From: a virus
Lineage: Duplodnaviria; Caudoviricetes
DNA length: 59,091 nucleotides
Reading direction: 5' to 3' (one strand)
Virus record (IMG/VR): IMGVR_UViG_3300035673_000004
Coordinates: 1 to 59,091 of that record
Below, piece by piece: positions 46,070 through 54,186 of the stretch. Position 1 is the first letter of the stretch; every line of letters begins with the position of its first letter. The notes beneath the pieces were generated by a model. That model was given only the letters and a program-made list of their open reading frames with translations, did no database searches and was not told the origin of the DNA. A program made the position numbers and the translations under genes.

Positions 46070-46272
46070 TGCGGGCTGGGAAAGATTATATCACCAAGGG
46101 CGCTGCGCCCGACGATGATCCGCAGGATGCTCGCTCCAAGCACTTGCAGGAGCTTCTGCAGGCAGTCGGCGTGCAAGTTGGCGAACCGGTCGCGGAGCCG
46201 ATTGAAGCGGAAGAGAAGCTTGCGGCGAAGCCGACCAACCAAGACAAGCCGACGCTCAAGCTTTCGAAATAA
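46066..46272 (+). CDS. Small phage protein
   Basis: ATGA coupling. Confidence 0.55.
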   Translation: MMRAGKDYITKGAAPDDDPQDARSKHLQELLQAVGVQVGEPVAEPIEAEEKLAAKPTNQDKPTLKLSK

Positions 46273-46283
46273 AGGATCGGCGG

Positions 46284-46916
46284 ATGCAATCGATCCTTAC
46301 CGTCACGTCAGCGTCCGACAGTTATGACCTGACGACGCTTGCGAACGTCAAGGCTGAACTTGGAATTGCGGACGGCGCGAGCGATACAATTCTGAGTCTC
46401 TACATCAGCGGTTCGTCGCAAGCCGCAATGCAATACTGCAATCGGGTCTTTGCGGTCGAGGCGGTATCGGAACAATTTCTTTCAGGGCATGCATCACGCC
46501 TATTTCGTGGCGGCGTCCGACCGCTACAGCTCGCGCGCTGGCCATTGGTGTCGGTAACATCGGTCACCGAAAATTCCGTTCTGCTTGTCGAAAGTACGGA
46601 CTATCTGATCGACAAAACCAACGGGCAATTGACTCGCTTGGATAGCGTCGGGTTTCCGTGCGTGTGGTCGCCGCTTCCGCTCACGGTTGTTTATGTGGCG
46701 GGCTATGCGACGATACCGGCCGATCTTGCGGATGCGGCGATCCGGATGGTGACGAAACGCTACCGCGCCAAGGGCCGCGATCCGAACCTGAAACAGCGCA
46801 CCACGCCTGGCGTGCTTGAGCAGCAATGGTGGATTGCGACGGGTGCCGAGGCGGGGAATCTTACACCGGACATCGCGGACATCTTGGACAACTACCGCGT
46901 TCCCGTGATCGCGTGA
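46284..46916 (+). CDS. Head-tail connector (gp6-like adaptor)
   Basis: LTTLANVKAELGI...YCNR.F...V.YVAGY..IPADL..A...ILDNYR. Confidence 0.88.
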   Translation: MQSILTVTSASDSYDLTTLANVKAELGIADGASDTILSLYISGSSQAAMQYCNRVFAVEAVSEQFLSGHASRLFRGGVRPLQLARWPLVSVTSVTENSVLLVESTDYLIDKTNGQLTRLDSVGFPCVWSPLPLTVVYVAGYATIPADLADAAIRMVTKRYRAKGRDPNLKQRTTPGVLEQQWWIATGAEAGNLTPDIADILDNYRVPVIA

Positions 46917-46932
46917 CCGGAGATAATTCGCA

Positions 46933-47334
46933 ATGAACTTGCCCGGTGTCTACACCCTTGCGAACCTTTCGCCAACAACCGCGCTAACAGCGAGCGCGCA
47001 GACGGCGACGGTCAAACTTGATGGTATCACGGCCGTTACCCTGGAGGCTGCGTATCAATACGGCTCCGGGGGAGCGTCGGCGTCGGTGCTGGTCCAAACG
47101 TCTTTTGACGGTGGCACAACTTGGCGCGATATCGCGCGCTTCGACTTCACGAATGTACCGGCGACAAAGCACTGCAATCTTGAGGGGCTGCTGTCGAAAG
47201 CCGTTACCGCCTACGCCGCGCTAGCGGCAGAGGGCGTTTATGACGGCGTTCTCGGCAACTACCTCCGCGCCGTCATCACTACGGTCGGCGTGAATGCGAA
47301 CACCACACTGAGCGTCCGCGCGTCGGTGCGCTAA
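46933..47334 (+). CDS. Putative virion structural protein
   Basis: Beta-rich; VQTSFDGGTTWRDIA. Confidence 0.65.
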   Translation: MNLPGVYTLANLSPTTALTASAQTATVKLDGITAVTLEAAYQYGSGGASASVLVQTSFDGGTTWRDIARFDFTNVPATKHCNLEGLLSKAVTAYAALAAEGVYDGVLGNYLRAVITTVGVNANTTLSVRASVR

Positions 47335-47397
47335 AATGCGATGGACCGGCTACAAGCCTTCGTCCTCGTGTATCAGGCAAGAGTCGAGAGAGAGCGC

Positions 47398-47676
47398 ATG
47401 AGCGTGAAACTTCGCGGCGTAACGGCCGCTCTCGCAAAACTGCATCACGATCTTGATTTGCAGGCAGAGAAGCTGACGGATCGGATCGTGACAACGCAAG
47501 AGCGCGGGAGCGCGGTGTTTGCGCAGGCTCATAAACGATTGGACGGCGCCGCAAGCGATCTTGCGGAGGTCGACAAGCTGCTCTCTGATCTTGAGAACAC
47601 GAACGGAGGCCCTACTTTGGATGGCTCCTCGGAGTCGTCAGAGCAGCATCCGCAAGCAAGCTGGGGATCGAAATAG
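47398..47676 (+). CDS. Coiled-coil phage protein
   Basis: ORF in late operon; start 47398 or 47341. Confidence 0.6.
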   Translation: MSVKLRGVTAALAKLHHDLDLQAEKLTDRIVTTQERGSAVFAQAHKRLDGAASDLAEVDKLLSDLENTNGGPTLDGSSESSEQHPQASWGSK

Positions 47677-48051
47677 GTGTCCGACATTGCTGATCTGGAC
47701 GCCGATCTGATCGAGGCGGGCGAAGACATCAAGCTTCGCCGATCAGTCGGTACGACGAACAAGGCGAATGTAGACGTTGATATCCGCGCTGCGGTTCGGT
47801 CGCCGACAAGCGCAGAACTTCTGGCGGGCATTACGCAGGACGAGTTGTTCTGCATCTTCTCGCCATCGGAAATCAACCGCGCTCAATGGCCTGGAGGCCA
47901 GTTGCCAGGCGGCACGGAAGATCCCCGTATCCCGAGCAAGAACCGCGGCGATAGTGCTTATGTTCGCGGGCGGTGGCGTGCAGTTCAGCAGGGGCAGGGC
48001 TTCTATCCGGGTGGTGAGTTGTGCAGGATAGAGTGTAGGGTGAAGGGTTAG
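47677..48051 (+). CDS. Putative head-closure protein
   Basis: GEDIKLRR...beta-barrel pattern; position between adaptor and tail genes. Confidence 0.65.
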   Translation: MSDIADLDADLIEAGEDIKLRRSVGTTNKANVDVDIRAAVRSPTSAELLAGITQDELFCIFSPSEINRAQWPGGQLPGGTEDPRIPSKNRGDSAYVRGRWRAVQQGQGFYPGGELCRIECRVKG

Positions 48052-48245
48052 CGCTGTTTTCGTTTATGGTCGCGCAGCATGTACCTGATAGCAACAGCGG
48101 CGGGACCGCTGACCTTGGAATCGCCGGCCTCCCATTTACGAATGACGCGATCGGGTTTCGGGCCGCCAAGTTCAAGCCGCTGTCCGAGCTCCCTCTGAGT
48201 GAGGGCTAGGAGTTCTCGCGCTTCGCGAAGTTCGGTTGGTGTCAT
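48048..48245 (-). CDS. XRE-family HTH protein (antitoxin-like)
   Basis: MTPTELREARELLALTQRELGQRL...VIRKWEAG. Confidence 0.85.
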   Translation of the reverse strand: MTPTELREARELLALTQRELGQRLELGGPKPDRVIRKWEAGDSKVSGPAAVAIRYMLRDHKRKQR

Positions 48246-48963
48246 GATGTTTGGGTTTCTTTGCTGCGGAAAATTCGACGATATCACGGGAGCCTTTGAT
48301 CAGTCCGTGACGCTGTAGCGTGGGGTCTTCAACGTCGCTGGCGAGAATTGGTGCCGCTGTGAAATGGGGCTGCACTGCGTTGAACAAGCATGGATCAATA
48401 GGTGAGTGCGATAATACAGCCCACGCGCGGAGATTATCGTCCGTGACGGGTCGATCCAACATGAACCACAAGTGAGCCGAGAGAGTTTTCCATCCGTCAA
48501 GACCGGCTCCGCTCGACCATTGCGCCCAGAACGTTACGTCGTGAAATTCTGTTGGCAGTAGATAGGAAAGAAGCAAGAGTGCGTTTCCGGGTTGCTCGCC
48601 AGCATCAATCGAATCGGGGCACGGAATTTCGTCGAAGTCGAAGCAAACCCATCTCTCACCAGAGGGTGAACTTCTGAACGTCGCCTGCTTATCGCTTCCG
48701 CAGTGTTTAAGGCGCCGCACTGGGAGAGACAAATCCAAATCAGAGATGGGCTCGCCGCGGATGATAAGTTTTTGTGGCTCAGCACTGAGTGCAGTCAGAA
48801 TTTCCGCAAGGTCATAGATCGTTTCGGCGGTCTTTCGTTCAACTGTGAAGTAGCGCGCGGGCGCGGCGTGCCGCTTTCCGATCGTCCCATCCGAGCGCTG
48901 GATTAGTGTCTTGGTCGCGGGGCGGCCGTTAGCGGTTTTGAGGATGGTCAGGAGCGCTGTCAT
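48172..48963 (-). CDS. Stand-alone AEP (primase-polymerase)-like domain protein
   Basis: WVCFDFD (DxD), WSSGAG...SAHLWFMLDRP (His motif), IDPCLFNAVQPHFTAAP (third acidic residue). Confidence 0.7.
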   Translation of the reverse strand: MTALLTILKTANGRPATKTLIQRSDGTIGKRHAAPARYFTVERKTAETIYDLAEILTALSAEPQKLIIRGEPISDLDLSLPVRRLKHCGSDKQATFRSSPSGERWVCFDFDEIPCPDSIDAGEQPGNALLLLSYLLPTEFHDVTFWAQWSSGAGLDGWKTLSAHLWFMLDRPVTDDNLRAWAVLSHSPIDPCLFNAVQPHFTAAPILASDVEDPTLQRHGLIKGSRDIVEFSAAKKPKHHDTNRTSRSARTPSPHSEGARTAA

Positions 48964-48969
48964 GCCGTC

Positions 48970-48999
48970 ATTATAGGTCCAATGGACCTATAAAGTCAA
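48970..48999 (-). promoter_or_regulatory. Sigma70 promoter with palindromic operator
   Basis: TTGACT (48999-94)-N18-TATAAT (48975-70); inverted repeat TTATAGGTCCA-A-TGGACCTATAA at 48971-48993. Confidence 0.85.
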
Positions 49000-49016
49000 G
49001 CGCTTTAGGGTTGAAA

Positions 49017-49742
49017 ATGGCCATAAAAGGCGGTGTTGAGCAGTTCGATATCGCGATTAAAGGCTCAATCGAGGAAGTTAGGAAACATCTCGCGGCGGAA
49101 GCCAGGCGCCTGCATGCCGAGATCATGCAGGACCCGCCCAAACCTCTCAACTTTGTGAGGCATGTTGATGGGGTGCTGAACGCGCCCGAAGAGGCGGTGA
49201 GGGCCGATGGCGTCATTGTCTATGACTACAACCGGCTGGATGTGATTGCGAAGCGGGCGAGGCAAATTCTGTACGATATTTCCCCTGTCGGAAGCGGACG
49301 TGATCCGCATCCAGGACTCTACCGCGACAATCATCGAATGTTCATCGACGGTCACGCCGTTGAAAATCTGGATGGATGGCAACCAGGACAGGAAATCTCG
49401 ATCACGAATACGGTGATCTATTCGCAAGTGATTGAGGTTGGCGGCAAGGGCGGAAAGAAGTTCAAGATCGACGGCGGCGGTCGCGTGTATCAGCGCGCAG
49501 AACAAATCCTAAAGCGCGATCCCGACGTGGCCAATGCCGCTGATATTCAATTTACGTACCGCGCTGTGTTTGGGGTTTCGCAAGTCGACCAATCGAAACA
49601 GGGTGCAACCGGATTACAGCGAGGCGCGAAGGGAAGATTTGTGAATCGGGGTGGTATCCGACCGCACAACGTTTCGGAAGTGCGCTGGCCAACGATCACA
49701 ATAAGCCCAGCCGGTTCGTCCGCTGGACGAAGAACAAGATAA
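49017..49742 (+). CDS. Tail completion / neck protein (HK97 gp10-like)
   Basis: SPVGSG....GLYRDNH...ITNTVIYSQVIEVG. Confidence 0.7.
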   Translation: MAIKGGVEQFDIAIKGSIEEVRKHLAAEARRLHAEIMQDPPKPLNFVRHVDGVLNAPEEAVRADGVIVYDYNRLDVIAKRARQILYDISPVGSGRDPHPGLYRDNHRMFIDGHAVENLDGWQPGQEISITNTVIYSQVIEVGGKGGKKFKIDGGGRVYQRAEQILKRDPDVANAADIQFTYRAVFGVSQVDQSKQGATGLQRGAKGRFVNRGGIRPHNVSEVRWPTITISPAGSSAGRRTR

Positions 49743-49755
49743 GGGCGACCGGTAA

Positions 49756-50238
49756 ATGTCAGCAAACTATGCCGGCGCATGCGCTTCAATCCGGACTCGC
49801 TTCGAAGATAACTGGAAAACTGACGGCGTTCTGAATACGCCAGTCGACTTTGTCAACGAGTCCGGGGCACCTGCAGTTGATCCGGCTACGAACAATCCGA
49901 TTCCGTGGGTGTTCTTCGAAATAGTTCACAACGGCTCCTACATCATCGGAAGTGGAACACCCGGTCAGCAGACCATCGTCTATGACGGGTTCATAAAGGG
50001 GCACGTCTACACGCCGATCAACAGTGGTGCAGATGACGGTCTGGCAAAGGCTGTGGCAATCGGCGAGATGTTTCGCAACAAGGTTTTCTACAATGACGTA
50101 ACTCCGGGCTGCTACGTGCGTTCCGGTTACGCCAAAGACGGTCAACCGCGCATCGATGATGGCGACGTGACCGCAGACGACGGTCAGTGGTTCACGACCA
50201 CGGCAACGATACCCTTCGAGTACTGGCATCTCGGCTAA
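49756..50238 (+). CDS. Tail terminator protein
   Basis: PWVFFEI...G...VYTPINSG...IGEMFR...IPFEY; precedes tail tube. Confidence 0.75.
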   Translation: MSANYAGACASIRTRFEDNWKTDGVLNTPVDFVNESGAPAVDPATNNPIPWVFFEIVHNGSYIIGSGTPGQQTIVYDGFIKGHVYTPINSGADDGLAKAVAIGEMFRNKVFYNDVTPGCYVRSGYAKDGQPRIDDGDVTADDGQWFTTTATIPFEYWHLG

Positions 50239-50306
50239 GCCACCCTCCCCAAATTTTCTCTCGCGGCTAGGTCCGCTCTCTATCCCAACGAAAGGGGTCT
50301 CTAGTC

Positions 50307-51572
50307 ATGACGGTCTATCAGAGCAACAGCAATGGTTATTGCGCATTCAAGGTACAGAGCGCGCTCGGCAGTCAGGCGTCTGGCGGCAGTGCCGAGATTT
50401 TCCGTACCACGGGGCAGGGCGGCGGCGGAAAGTTCACCAAAGCCGCGACGGAAAGCAACGAGGTCCGGCGCGATGGCATGCGTTCAAGGGGTCGCCACGG
50501 CACCTACAAGACGCAAGGGTCGCAAGGCGGCCAGCTCGCGCTTGGTGCTTATGACACCGTGTTTCAGGCGCTCATGCGTGGCACCTACGGCAGCGCCGAC
50601 CTTGCAATTACCGAAGCGTCCGTGATCGGCGGTTCGGCCGCTGCAACCTCTATCACCACGACCACCAGCACGATCGTTGCGGCGGCCGGTTCCTGGATCA
50701 CGCAAGGTCTGCGCGTCGGCGATGTGATCCGCCTAACGGGGCAGGCGACTTCAACGACGAACAACAGCAAGGACTTGCGCATCACGGGATTGACCGCGCT
50801 CGTGATTACCGTTGCCGAAACCCTGGTGTTGAACGCCACGCCGGATACATCGTTCACTGTGACGCGCCCCGGCCGCGTGCTGATCAATCCCGCTGCTGGC
50901 TCGCTCGTGAAGCGCTATTACACATGGGAAGAGCATGAGATCGATATCGATTGTTCAGAGCTCTATACCGATGCCGTTTTCGGAAACGGCAAAGTGTCGA
51001 TGGCGACGGACGGCATCATCATGTTCGACGCCGGCTGGTGGGGTACGGGCCAGTTCGAAACCAAGACCGGTGCTAGCGCGCCATTTTTCACATCGCCAAC
51101 TGAGAACACCGCTACCGCCATGTCAGTTGTGGATGCGACCATTCGGCTGGGCACTAGTGACCTGGTTGAACTATCGTCGTTCGATCTGACCTTCGACATC
51201 GCTGCGAACGCGCCCTCTGTCTTCGGCTCTGGTGCCATCAAATACAGTCCCGACGTTTTCACCGGGCAGATGGGCATCAACATGAACCTCACCATGTTGC
51301 GCAAGGATCTGGCTTACGTGGCCAATCACATCAACGAGGATGTTCTCTCGCTGCACATCCTCGCCGTCGAGAATGAAGCGGAGCCGAAGGATTTCATTTC
51401 GTTCTACGTGCCGAACTTCACGCTCGGCGATGTTGCAAAATCGGCCCTGAGCAAGGCTGGCGGTGGCAGAACCCAGACGCTGCAGATTCCCGTGGCGTTG
51501 GTCGGTAAGGATGACACCGGCGGCGCCTTCGACGCCACGATGTTGAAAATTCAGGTCAGCAACGCGAGCTGA
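50307..51572 (+). CDS. Major tail tube protein
   Basis: ESNEVRRDG...; internal Ig-like insert GSWITQGLRVGDVIRLTG; position before chaperones. Confidence 0.85.
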   Translation: MTVYQSNSNGYCAFKVQSALGSQASGGSAEIFRTTGQGGGGKFTKAATESNEVRRDGMRSRGRHGTYKTQGSQGGQLALGAYDTVFQALMRGTYGSADLAITEASVIGGSAAATSITTTTSTIVAAAGSWITQGLRVGDVIRLTGQATSTTNNSKDLRITGLTALVITVAETLVLNATPDTSFTVTRPGRVLINPAAGSLVKRYYTWEEHEIDIDCSELYTDAVFGNGKVSMATDGIIMFDAGWWGTGQFETKTGASAPFFTSPTENTATAMSVVDATIRLGTSDLVELSSFDLTFDIAANAPSVFGSGAIKYSPDVFTGQMGINMNLTMLRKDLAYVANHINEDVLSLHILAVENEAEPKDFISFYVPNFTLGDVAKSALSKAGGGRTQTLQIPVALVGKDDTGGAFDATMLKIQVSNAS

Positions 51573-51616
51573 TCGCTCTCCGTTTCATTTTTCCAACAAC
51601 CAAGGGAATCACCACA

Positions 51617-51838
51617 ATGGCGAACAATGAACAGGCCGTGCGCGATGCGGCGGCGGCACTCAAGAAGGCGATCACTGAAGCGAAGGCTGCCGGCTATCGT
51701 ATCCACTGGCCCAGCAACGCTGACGGCCTCGATACCATCGCGATCAGCGAGACCTCTGCGGTAAAGCAACCGGAACGAGAGTCCGGCGTTGCGCTGACTC
51801 GCCCGGCCAAGTCGTTCGGCGCCGATACCGCATCCTAA
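51617..51838 (+). CDS. Small phage protein
   Basis: AAGGGA RBS. Confidence 0.6.
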   Translation: MANNEQAVRDAAAALKKAITEAKAAGYRIHWPSNADGLDTIAISETSAVKQPERESGVALTRPAKSFGADTAS

Positions 51839-51947
51839 GCGTTTCCCCCAATCCCGCGCCGAATACGCGGGACGAAGCAAGCGCGCTGGCACGGCGGGCG
51901 GCGTATCGGCGTCGCTCGCCACCCCTTTCCGATAAAGGACGAAAATT

Positions 51948-52406
51948 ATGGACTCCGATACTAAGGCAGCGATCGTTGCTGATCTCACTAACGACATTCC
52001 GCTGATGACGGCCGAACTTCATATCGTCAAACCCGGAACCGCGAAGCCAACCGGATGGGTGTGGACGATGTGCGGCCCCGCGCATCCAAAGACCATCGCG
52101 TATCAGGAAGAAAAGACGCGCGAGCGGCTGCACAAGGAATCGACGATCGAGCAGGCCCAAGTCAATCAGAAGAAATACAAGGCTGAGGAGCGAAAGGTCG
52201 TCGAAGCGAGTCTGGATGGGGTGAAGTGGCTTCTGTCTCGCGTCGAAACATGGACACCGGTCAGGATCGGCGATGAGACCATTGAGTTCTCCGATGAGTC
52301 CGCAACAAAGCTGCTGATGAAACCGGAGATGGGGCAGTACTTCAGCCAGGGTGTCGAGTTCGTCAACGCTGAGCGGTCTTTTATGCCGCCCTCCGCGACG
52401 GTTTAA
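51948..52406 (+). CDS. Tail assembly chaperone (G-like)
   Basis: AAAGGA RBS; between tail tube and tape measure. Confidence 0.8.
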   Translation: MDSDTKAAIVADLTNDIPLMTAELHIVKPGTAKPTGWVWTMCGPAHPKTIAYQEEKTRERLHKESTIEQAQVNQKKYKAEERKVVEASLDGVKWLLSRVETWTPVRIGDETIEFSDESATKLLMKPEMGQYFSQGVEFVNAERSFMPPSATV

Positions 52407-52789
52407 AGGCGCACGCGGAGCGGTATTTTGTCCTGTCTGCGCCGGCCGACAAAGACGGCAAGGTTTCGTATCGCGAGACCCTTGAAGGGATGCTTCGGAA
52501 ATCAAGGAACGCAAAGAACATAGCGTTTTACGAAGCCGAGCTCGAATGCCCGGCACTGCCGATGGCGCTGTACTATTTGTGGACGGCGTACAATCGAATC
52601 CGAAGGCGCAAGGCCGGAAGCGGATTTGGTCCATCTCCAATCGAGGGGATGGATGTCATGGCATACGAACACCGCTATCGAATTCGGTTCTTGCCATTCG
52701 AAAACGAGATCATCGACGAACTCGATGATCTCTACATGGCCGCACAAGCCAACCGCGATACGCCAGCGAAGACGGATGGGGAGGAGTGA
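52373..52789 (+). CDS. Tail assembly chaperone extension (T-like), probably reached by -1 frameshift
   Basis: -1 frame opens at 52373, overlapping the G 3' end at TCT TTT ATG; YLWTAY...GSGFGPSPI...IDELDDLY. Confidence 0.75.
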   Translation, partial: AVFYAALRDGLKAHAERYFVLSAPADKDGKVSYRETLEGMLRKSRNAKNIAFYEAELECPALPMALYYLWTAYNRIRRRKAGSGFGPSPIEGMDVMAYEHRYRIRFLPFENEIIDELDDLYMAAQANRDTPAKTDGEE

Positions 52790-53477
52790 TTACTTCGGGA
52801 GGTGGCCGTGCTTTTGATGAGTCGACGGTGCTCTAGGCAGCCATAACCTTCTTTGCGGCCAGATTTCAGGCTGCACAATTTCGTGCCGTTTAAAATCAAT
52901 GACTTAACCGGAGAAAGCACCTCCCACGTCACCATGACCAAGGACGGCTTCACGTTCTTGGCGATGGGGTTTACCGGCGCCGCAGCGGGCCTTTTCAAGG
53001 AAAAGTACATCGCGGCGTTTAACGTGATGGAAGCCGAGCTGCGGAGAAGGATGGCTGCTGAACCGGCGGGTCCGCAGTTTCAGATCCCCCAAACGCTGCC
53101 AGAAGCCCTGCGGCTGGCCGCCGATCTATCGGAAAAGGTTGAGGAGCAGAAAGCCCAGATCGAGGCCGCTAAGCCCAAGACGGTCTTCTATGACAAGTTT
53201 GTCGAGGCTGACGGCTTGTACGGCTACATGAACGGCGGGCGGGCTCTAGGGTGTCATCCTACGCTCTTTGTGCGGTGGCTGAAGCGGACCTACGTTTTCT
53301 ATGAAGGCTCGGCGTTGCTTCCTTATCTGAAGTGGAGGGCAGATGGGGTTGTTCGAGATCACGTCCGAAATTGGCGGAGACGACAAGGCCCGGCCTCGCG
53401 GGTGGATAACGCCGAAGGGGCTGGAATATCTGTCGACACGCATCCCGCCCGAGATTAAGATTCAGGCTGCAGCTTAG
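52786..53477 (+). pseudogene. Rha + KilA-C (ANT) antirepressor, disrupted
   Basis: MTKDGFTFLAMGFTG..A..FKEKYIAAFN (Rha); IPQTLPEALRLAADL...PK; C-terminus GLFEI...WITPKGLEYL is in another frame after ~53338; N-terminus truncated. Confidence 0.8.
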
Positions 53478-53539
53478 CTGCGAAACGAGTTACGGCGAGA
53501 GTTCTCCACTTTCAACCTCGCGCATCTAACGATGAACAT

Positions 53540-53603
53540 GGCAGTCAAGGCACGGCGCGTCGGGGCTTGTCGCGGTGTGGCGGTGGCGTGGCAGGCACGG
53601 CAA
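53540..53603 (+). repeat. G(G/T)Y-NN pentamer array; candidate small RNA
   Basis: GGCA GTCAA GGCAC GGCGC GTCGG GGCTT GTCGC GGTGT GGCGG T GGCGT GGCA GGCAC GGCAA. Confidence 0.7.
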
Positions 53604-53605
53604 CA

Positions 53606-53631
53606 GAGGGGCGGCGTAACTGCCGCCCCTC
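53606..53631. terminator. 10-bp GC hairpin closing the pentamer array, between convergent genes
   Basis: GAGGGGCGGC-GTAACT-GCCGCCCCTC; no U-tract. Confidence 0.65.
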
Positions 53632-53638
53632 CCGCTGG

Positions 53639-54109
53639 CTACTTACAAAAAATATCGTAATTGTCAGTCCCACGGCGAAAGATCATCGCTAGAACGTCAG
53701 CGTCGAAGCTTGTCGGGTTATTCGGCCCGGCCGAGAGAACTAGCACGTTTGCGCTTTGGCCATCGTAAACAAAAAATTGAGGCCCTGACATTCCACCAGC
53801 AGCGTTCCGAGCGTTGACTGATCCGCAGACTCCCTTTTTCCCCCCAACTGCCCTCAACTTTACGTCCGAAAACCTAGCACTCGCTGGATCGCGCAACTGC
53901 TTTAGGACGACAGCCTTTGCCTTGGAAATGAAAGCGTCCTCTCGCGATGGTGTTGGTTTTTGTGCAGGCGGCGCTGCCGCCGCGCCTAAAGGTTCATCGT
54001 AACACCTCAATCGCTCTGCGGAATCGGCGATCCCTTTGCAGTCTCGCGTTTGTGCGGAACAGAGCGACGGGGCGAGCATCAACATCAAAACTAGCGTCGG
54101 TTTAATCAT
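53639..54109 (-). CDS. Secreted accessory (moron) protein
   Basis: Signal peptide; C..IADSAERLRCYD; LRDPASARF...VCGSVNARNAAGG. Confidence 0.8.
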   Translation of the reverse strand: MIKPTLVLMLMLAPSLCSAQTRDCKGIADSAERLRCYDEPLGAAAAPPAQKPTPSREDAFISKAKAVVLKQLRDPASARFSDVKLRAVGGKKGVCGSVNARNAAGGMSGPQFFVYDGQSANVLVLSAGPNNPTSFDADVLAMIFRRGTDNYDIFCK

Positions 54110-54186
54110 CAGCATCCCCCTTTGATCATTTGTGGGGAAGCTTCGCCTGTCCAATCCGCTCCTGCAATAGCGAAAAGCCGAAATAG

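Noticed and set aside
53478-53539. Remnant of a RAMP/Cas7-like gene end upstream of the pentamer array
   Set aside because: SYG and TFNL fragments lie in different frames and are too short to support
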